Positions 7,020 through 15,089 of a stretch of 24,000 nt of DNA are shown piece by piece. The position numbers and the translations under genes were made by a program. The stretch comes from Millisia brevis NBRC 105863 (GTDB lineage: Bacteria; Actinomycetota; Actinomycetes; Mycobacteriales; Mycobacteriaceae). How positions within the stretch are numbered: the first letter of the stretch is position 1; every line of letters starts with the position of its first letter. The notes under the pieces are model-generated. The model did not search any database. It was not told the DNA's origin and worked only from the letters and a program-made list of their open reading frames with translations. The stretch covers positions 45,400 to 69,399 of the forward strand of contig NZ_BCRN01000014.1 in assembly GCF_001552615.1 (NCBI RefSeq), written 5' to 3'.

Positions 7020-7817
7020 TCAGCCGCGGTCGGTCGCCCGGACGTCGAGGATGCCGCTCGCCAGGTCGATCCAGGCCGCCCCGATGTGGTCGATCGACAT
7101 GCCGAGGCGCTCGGTCTGGTGCAGCACCAGACCCGCCTCCAGGGGACTCATCAGGGCATAGGCCAGCGGTTCGACGTCGCCGACCACGCCCGCGTCGCGC
7201 AGCAGGATCGACAGATGGCGGATCGCCAGGAGATAGGGCGGCGCGGTGAAGCGCATCTCCGAGGACTGCTCGACGGCCTGCTGGACGCGGGCCTGCACCT
7301 CGACCAGCGCGAGGCGGGCCGGGCCGAAGGCGAGCAGCCGGGTGCGCGGATCGGCCGGCGGACCCAGCGGCGCGGGGCCGAACATGTAGGCATTCTGGAA
7401 ATGACGCTCGGAGTGATCGAGCAGTTCGAGCATCAGCCCGGACCGGCTGCCGAAATGCCGGAAGACGGTGCCCTTGCCGACACCGGCCCGCTGAGCGACC
7501 GCGTCGGTGCTGAGCCGGTCGACGCCGACCTCCTCGACCAGGGCGGCGGCCGCCTCCAACAGCAGGCGGCGGTTGCGCGATGCATCGGAGCGTTGCGGGG
7601 TTGCCGCCTGCAGCACCGGCAGGGCCTTGATCGGTCGGGGAGAGGCGGGGGTGTCGTGCCCGGGACGGGCGGGGGTGTCGTGCCCGGGACGGGCGGGGCC
7701 GTCGGGCTCGGGACAGGCACGTTCGCCGGCCGCGTCCGGTGCCGACGGGGGCTCGTCGGCCGACGCGTCGGGCCCCGTCGTCGTTTTGTTCCCGGTCGAT
7801 GGCGAAATGCTCGTCAC
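7020..7817 (-). CDS. TetR family transcriptional regulator with a long low-complexity N-terminal tail
   Basis: The TetR_N HTH is LLLEAAAALVEEVGVDRLSTDAVAQRAGVGKGTVFRHFGSRSGLM. The GTG start is at 7817, and the true start could be further downstream. It is divergent from the FMN reductase gene. Confidence 0.85.
   Translation of the reverse strand: MTSISPSTGNKTTTGPDASADEPPSAPDAAGERACPEPDGPARPGHDTPARPGHDTPASPRPIKALPVLQAATPQRSDASRNRRLLLEAAAALVEEVGVDRLSTDAVAQRAGVGKGTVFRHFGSRSGLMLELLDHSERHFQNAYMFGPAPLGPPADPRTRLLAFGPARLALVEVQARVQQAVEQSSEMRFTAPPYLLAIRHLSILLRDAGVVGDVEPLAYALMSPLEAGLVLHQTERLGMSIDHIGAAWIDLASGILDVRATDRG
7645..7698 (-). repeat. Perfect 24-bp x2 (+6 bp) tandem duplication inside the TetR N-terminal tail
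   Basis: gcgggggtgtcgtgcccgggacgg occurs at 7645-7668 and again at 7669-7692, then gcgggg. On the coding strand it encodes ARPGHDTP ARPGHDTP. Confidence 0.95.
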
Positions 7818-7843
7818 AGTCGCAACCCTACCGCCGGGAATGT

Positions 7844-7863
7844 AATCGGACTAGAGTCCGTTT
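7844..7863. promoter_or_regulatory. Candidate TetR operator: inverted repeat aatCGGACTagAGTCCGttt
   Basis: The 6-bp arms CGGACT/AGTCCG are separated by 2 bp (7847-7860) with partly complementary A/T flanks. The site lies in the 131-bp divergent region between the TetR start (7817) and the FMN reductase start (7949). Confidence 0.3.
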
Positions 7864-7948
7864 AAGATCTCGACCAAGAGCATGCGAGCGCAACGGCGCG
7901 GTCGGAATGCCGAATGTGAACTGTCAAGCGATGTAAAGGGTGGGAACG

Positions 7949-8512
7949 ATGTCGGATGCCAAGGTAGTCGTACTGATCGGGAGTCTGCGGGATCAGTCGG
8001 TCAGCAAGCAGATCGCCGAGGCCGCGGTGGAGAACTCGCCCGCCGGCGTCGTGCTCGAGGTGCGCGACGGGCTCGAGAACCTGCCCTTCTACTCCGAGGA
8101 GACCGACAACGCGGACGCGCTGCCGGCCGCGGTTGCCGATGTGCGCGCGACGATCGCCGACGCGGATGCCGTGCTGGTCGTCACCCCCGAGTACAACGGC
8201 ACAATCCCGGCCGTCCTGAAGAACGTCATCGACTGGGGCTCGCGGCCCTACGGCGCCGGCGCCCTCAAGGGCAAGCCGGTCGCGGTGATCTCGCATTCGA
8301 TCAGCGGTCGCGGCGGCCAGTGGGCCAACGCCGATACCCGCCGTTCGGCCGAGGTCGCCGGCGCGCTGGTCTCCGAGGAGCTGCGCCTGGAGCTCGGCCC
8401 GACCGGTGAGCTGTTCGACGGCATCCACCCGCGCGAGCACGGCGAGGTTGTCGCCAACATCGGCACGCTGGTGACCGATCTGCTGCGCGTCGAGGCCCCC
8501 GCCGCGGTCTGA
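7949..8512 (+). CDS. NADPH-dependent FMN reductase family flavoprotein
   Basis: MSDAKVVVLIGSLRDQSVSKQ...ADAVLVVTPEYNGTIPAVLKNVIDWGSRP shows the typical FMN_red flavodoxin-like motifs. I prefer ATG 7949, preceded by AAAGGGTGGGA, over the GTG at 7940. Its position next to nrdH matches my recollection of Rv3054c. Confidence 0.85.
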   Translation: MSDAKVVVLIGSLRDQSVSKQIAEAAVENSPAGVVLEVRDGLENLPFYSEETDNADALPAAVADVRATIADADAVLVVTPEYNGTIPAVLKNVIDWGSRPYGAGALKGKPVAVISHSISGRGGQWANADTRRSAEVAGALVSEELRLELGPTGELFDGIHPREHGEVVANIGTLVTDLLRVEAPAAV

Positions 8513-8520
8513 TCACCAAC

Positions 8521-8550
8521 CGCTTCGTTCGTGCCCCGTCCGGTCCGCCG
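8521..8550 (+). terminator. Strong GC hairpin 9 nt after the FMN reductase stop (terminator-like, weak U tract)
   Basis: gtgccccgtccgg-tccg-ccgggcggggcac forms a 13-bp stem (one G.U pair) with a tetraloop, followed by ggtcgtattcc. Confidence 0.5.
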
Positions 8551-8756
8551 GGCGGGGCACGGTCGTATTCCGGGGTATGGTGCACAGCCCGCCCGCAGGC
8601 GCCTCCACGGGGCGCTGCGCGGCCGTTTCGGGGCCCTCGGGCGACGGGATCCGCCGATCCGCGCGGCGACACGCCCGACGGGCCGCAACACGCCGGCAAT
8701 CGCCGGGCGGGCGGGCCGCCCACCTTGGATTACGTGCTCGGAACTACATCCGTGTG

Positions 8757-8772
8757 ACACAACGCGTTGTGG
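8757..8772. promoter_or_regulatory. NrdR box-like palindrome 1 (ACACAACGCGTTGTGG)
   Basis: It matches the arms of the 16-bp NrdR consensus acaCwAtATaTwGtgt (ACACAA....TTGTG) with a GC-rich centre. The core CACAACGCGTTGTG is a perfect palindrome. Confidence 0.6.
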
Positions 8773-8788
8773 TCGCTTGTCTTGTCGG

Positions 8789-8804
8789 CCACTAGGTGTA
8801 GTGT
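8789..8804. promoter_or_regulatory. NrdR box-like palindrome 2 (CCACTAGGTGTAGTGT), overlapping a -10-like TAGTGT
   Basis: The arms CACTA....TAGTG(T) match the NrdR consensus. The centre-to-centre distance to box 1 is 32 bp, which is the typical tandem-box spacing. A possible -35 TTGTCT at 8777-8782 lies 16 nt before TAGTGT at 8799-8804. Confidence 0.6.
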
Positions 8805-8981
8805 CTACCCCGTTGCCAACAGCCCGATCCGCAACTCACGCACCACGAGGTGGGAAGCCGGAAACGGAAGCCTCGGCGACGTGAGTTGGGGAAGGGTGGG
8901 ACACCGATTTCGGTGCCCGATAACGACACAGCGATCGGTCGCCCGTCGATCGACATCGCGCTCACGGATTGGGGAAGATCC

Positions 8982-9215
8982 ATGACTGTCACCGTCTACA
9001 CCAAGCCCGCCTGCATGCAGTGCAAGGCGACGTACCGTGCCCTCGACAAGGAAGGCATCGAGTACGCGGTCATCGATATCACCGAGGATGACGAGGCGCG
9101 TGACTACGTGATGGCCCTCGGGCACCTGCAGGCGCCGATCGTGGTGGCCGGCGACGACCACTGGTCGGGCTTCCGCCCCGACCGCATCCGGGCATTGGTG
9201 GCATCGGCGGCCTGA
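8982..9215 (+). CDS. nrdH: Glutaredoxin-like protein NrdH (77 aa)
   Basis: MTVTVYTKPACMQCKATYRALDKEGIEYAVIDI...WSGFRPDRI carries the CxxC redox motif. ATG 8982 is preceded by GGGGAAG. The 44-aa upstream in-frame extension in the track ORF is rejected. Confidence 0.9.
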   Translation: MTVTVYTKPACMQCKATYRALDKEGIEYAVIDITEDDEARDYVMALGHLQAPIVVAGDDHWSGFRPDRIRALVASAA

Positions 9216-9254
9216 CACGGGCTGCCTCGATCCGAAACGGGGAGGCGGTGGCGG

Positions 9255-9725
9255 GTGAGTATCGAGACGGGGAATCTCGACGAGCGGGCAGCGGAGCGGA
9301 TCGTTTACTTTTCGTCGACATCCGCCAATACGCACCGTTTCGTCCAGAAGTTGGAGCTCCCCGCCCGCCGTATCCCGATTCGTGAGGCCGAGTCGATTCG
9401 CGTCGCCGAGCCCTATGTGTTGATCGTGCCGACCTACGGCGGTGGCCTCACCCCGAACGGCAGGGATCGCAAGCACGTTCCTCGGCAGGTGATTCGTTTT
9501 CTCAACGACGTACACAACCGATCGCTCATCCGGGGGGTGATCGCGGCGGGAAATACCAACTTCGGTGAATCCTTCTGCATCGCCGGCGACATTATCGCGC
9601 GCAAGTGCGAGGTCCCATTTCTTTACCGTTTCGAGCTGATGGGCACACCGGACGATGTGGTTCGGGTGCGGCAGGGTCTCGCCCGGTTCTGGGCCGGCGT
9701 CGACTCCGGTGTCGGCGCTCGTTAA
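9255..9725 (+). CDS. nrdI: Class Ib ribonucleotide reductase flavodoxin NrdI
   Basis: [18 protein letters not shown]...[11 protein letters not shown]...[17 protein letters not shown]. The GTG start at 9255 is preceded by GGGGAGG. Confidence 0.9.
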   Translation: MSIETGNLDERAAERIVYFSSTSANTHRFVQKLELPARRIPIREAESIRVAEPYVLIVPTYGGGLTPNGRDRKHVPRQVIRFLNDVHNRSLIRGVIAAGNTNFGESFCIAGDIIARKCEVPFLYRFELMGTPDDVVRVRQGLARFWAGVDSGVGAR

Positions 9726-9759
9726 TACCTCTTTCGCCTTCGAACTTCTAGGACTCACC

Positions 9760-12997
<3,238 letters not shown>

Positions 12998-13024
12998 CGT
13001 CCCGGGCGCACGCGCCCTACCGGG

Positions 13025-13068
13025 AGGCTCGGATCTGCAGATCGATGCAGGTCCGGGCCTTTCTCGTT
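13025..13068. terminator. Hairpin plus T-rich run between convergent nrdF and abiEii (candidate bidirectional terminator)
   Basis: ctcggatctgca-gatcga-tgcaggtccggg forms a 12-bp stem (2 G.U pairs) at 13028-13057, extendable by 3 bp, followed by cctttctcgttcc. Confidence 0.4.
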
Positions 13069-13121
13069 CCCGCCAACACGAGGCTGCTCGTCGGGATGGC
13101 GGGCGGCCGGATGGCCGATGG

Positions 13122-14123
13122 TCAGCAGTCGAGCAGGTTGGCGTCCGAGTGAACCAGGGCGAGCACCTCATCGAAGCTCGGCGGTGCTTCGGCGCCGTAG
13201 TACAAGTCCTGCATGGCGTTGTCGTGCGCGGCGCGGAGACGATTCGCGAACGGTGAGTGCGGGTCGAACGCCGGCGATTCGGCGAACCCTCCAACAGGCG
13301 TCGGAAGGTCGGGCTTGCCGAAAGCGTCCGATACCTTTCTGGCGCTGAACAAGATGTTGGTGACCAATGCCTTGTCGGCGAGTAGCTCTCGTACGGTGGG
13401 GTCGCGCAGAAGCGCGTAGATGTCGTAGAACTGGCGGCCGATGCGCGGCCAGCCGTGCGGCCCGGCAACGGTGTCGGGGGAGGCAGTGAAGTTGTTCACC
13501 CGCAGCAGCTTTTCCAACAGTGTCCGGCCGGGGTGCAGGATCGGCACGGTGAAGGAGGCGAGGTCGGGCCATGCGTCCGCGTCGAAGTCCGCCTTCCTCA
13601 ACTCCCGGGACAGGAGTGAGGTAATGGGGTAGTCGGAGTGCGGATTCGGTCCACCGGACTGACCGAGTTCCACGAGAATCGCGGCGGGGTCGGCGATCGT
13701 GCCGGACTCCCCACGGTGTGCCAACGGCGGGCCGAGGTAGCCGGATCGGTGGAAGGACCCGGAGCTACCGCCCGCCCTGACGTCGGTCGGATCTGTCCCG
13801 GTCACCTTGGCTGCGGTGTCGAGAAGGTGCCGCAGTGCGCGCTTCTCGGCGTTCACCGACGGGTATCGGCCGATGACGAGTAGGTCGAGATCTTCGGAGA
13901 ATCGACGGATGATCCGCAGCTTTTCCAGGCTTGTTCCGCCCTTGAAGACGACCTCTCCCACATGCACGGTAGTAATCGCGCGTAGCGCTTCGCACACCCA
14001 ATAGTCCTTCTCGATCGCGAGTGGCTGCACGCCAAGGCGTTCCGCCGCAATGAGGATAGTGCCGCGGAAAACCTCCGGATCGTCGTCCCGCCACAGCCTC
14101 GCAGCGGATAGGGAATCGGTCAC
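13122..14123 (-). CDS. abiEii: AbiEii/AbiGii-family (DUF1814) nucleotidyltransferase toxin, type IV toxin-antitoxin / abortive infection (333 aa)
   Basis: VTDSLSAARLW...IEKDYWVCEALRAI...EVVFKGGTSLEKLRIIRRFSEDLDLLV...HPGRTLLEKLL shows the NTase G[GS]x / DxD-type motifs typical of AbiEii. GTG 14123-14121 overlaps the antitoxin TGA (GTGA). The first ~240 aa of the 574-aa track ORF are a shadow frame over abiEi. Confidence 0.85.
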   Translation of the reverse strand: MTDSLSAARLWRDDDPEVFRGTILIAAERLGVQPLAIEKDYWVCEALRAITTVHVGEVVFKGGTSLEKLRIIRRFSEDLDLLVIGRYPSVNAEKRALRHLLDTAAKVTGTDPTDVRAGGSSGSFHRSGYLGPPLAHRGESGTIADPAAILVELGQSGGPNPHSDYPITSLLSRELRKADFDADAWPDLASFTVPILHPGRTLLEKLLRVNNFTASPDTVAGPHGWPRIGRQFYDIYALLRDPTVRELLADKALVTNILFSARKVSDAFGKPDLPTPVGGFAESPAFDPHSPFANRLRAAHDNAMQDLYYGAEAPPSFDEVLALVHSDANLLDC

Positions 14124-14827
14124 GCCTCGACTCCCAGGGGGGCGAGAGCCTGCCGGCGTGTGCGGGGATCGGGCGTTGGAACCCGGTCTGCGAGGTCGTC
14201 CATTCCAGCTGCCGTCAGCAAGGCGGCGAGTCGGGCGCGGGTGCGTCCCGGTTCGGTGGCCGAGGCCCGAACCATCCGGTCGGCCCTGAGTGACTCGGAG
14301 CGCAGTAGATCGGCGAGCCGCGCAACGGCCTCTGTCGGAGTGACCTCGAGCACGTTCTGCCACGCCTCGAGGACTTCGAGTGCGGCAACCTCGACGGCAC
14401 TCAATCCAGCTGTCGTCCGGCCGTTGCGTGCCGCCCGGGAGACGAACGCGACCGATCCGGTATCCGATGGTGCTCGTTCGGGAACAGCCACCAGCGCACG
14501 GCGGGGGATCTGGGTCGACAGATGTAGCAGGTTCGCCGCAGACAGGCCGGCCGGGCCGACCCCGGGGCCGGGAGCGAGAGCCTCGACGAGCCGCTCGGTC
14601 GAAGGAGGAGCCATGCCCAACGGCGTTCTTGTGCCGCGCCAATAGAGACCGCGCCGCACACGTCGAAGCTCGCCTCGATCCTCCAGTTCCCCGAGCAGGT
14701 GGTGCGCGGTTGAGGCGGGCAGTGCGAGGTCGCTCGGCTTCCAGAAACGTTCCCGAGAGGCAAGCACCGAACGCCGGGAATCGGCAGCTCCCTTGAAATT
14801 GCGCCGGGGCGCGAGCGAAGTTGTCAT
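14120..14827 (-). CDS. abiEi: AbiEi-family antitoxin / transcriptional regulator (wHTH, DUF6088-like; 235 aa)
   Basis: MTTSLAPRRNF...FWKPSDLALPASTAHHLLGELEDRGELRRVRRGLYW...GPAGLSAANLLHLSTQIP shows the characteristic L..G.L.RV.RGLY wHTH and the AANLLGL(S)TQ(I/V)P segment. ATG 14827 lies 6 nt after GAGGAG. The gene sits immediately upstream of the toxin and is translationally coupled to it. Confidence 0.75.
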   Translation of the reverse strand: MTTSLAPRRNFKGAADSRRSVLASRERFWKPSDLALPASTAHHLLGELEDRGELRRVRRGLYWRGTRTPLGMAPPSTERLVEALAPGPGVGPAGLSAANLLHLSTQIPRRALVAVPERAPSDTGSVAFVSRAARNGRTTAGLSAVEVAALEVLEAWQNVLEVTPTEAVARLADLLRSESLRADRMVRASATEPGRTRARLAALLTAAGMDDLADRVPTPDPRTRRQALAPLGVEA

Positions 14828-15089
14828 CACGTTCTCCTCGAGGCATTTGGATACGAGAACCTGCTTAATTCACTCTACATAACGCAACGAGAAGCTGCGG
14901 TATGCCCTTGGCTGTCGACAGGGAGGGCCTCGATGTCGAAGAGGTGGTCATCGCATCGACGTACCGCGATCGGATACACGCTCCCCGGAGGCTGTTCGTC
15001 CGGCAGACTCAATCCCGCGCGGCTTCGCCCGAAGGCGGAGTGCTTCGGGTCTGGAACGCGGAATGAATCGGACTCGAGGAGGATCGCCC

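Noticed and set aside
8551-8756. A ~200 bp GC-rich spacer between the FMN-reductase hairpin and the NrdR boxes, including the track ORF 8577-8795 (72 aa) with fairly high GC3.
   Set aside because: The peptide (MVHSPPAGASTGRCAAVSGPSGDGIRRSARRHARR...) is Arg-rich, has no motif, has no SD and runs through the NrdR boxes. It could be a decayed gene remnant, but I cannot support a feature.
8805-8981. A cobalamin riboswitch, or a longer NrdH (ORF 8850-9215 with a 44-aa N-terminal extension), in the nrdH leader.
   Set aside because: No B12-box-like GCCACTG element is present, and class Ib RNR is not the B12-regulated class. NrdH family proteins start at M-x-(I/V)-T-V-Y-T-K-P-x-C, which matches ATG 8982 with its own GGGGAAG. 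The extension is basic, low-complexity sequence.
14124-14846. The N-terminal ~240 aa of the 574-aa ORF (13122-14846), which would make AbiEii a much larger protein.
   Set aside because: This part is Arg/Pro/Gly-rich junk in an alternative frame over the abiEi gene, which itself has a clear wHTH sequence. AbiEii homology starts at GTG 14123, which overlaps the abiEi stop.
12998-15089. Mobile-element boundaries (direct repeats, inverted repeats, tRNA or att-like sites) around the AbiE cassette.
   Set aside because: By eye I found only trivial shared heptamers such as GGAGGCT. There is no tRNA, integrase or transposase. The cassette is therefore reported as a lower-GC insertion without a defined mobile element.
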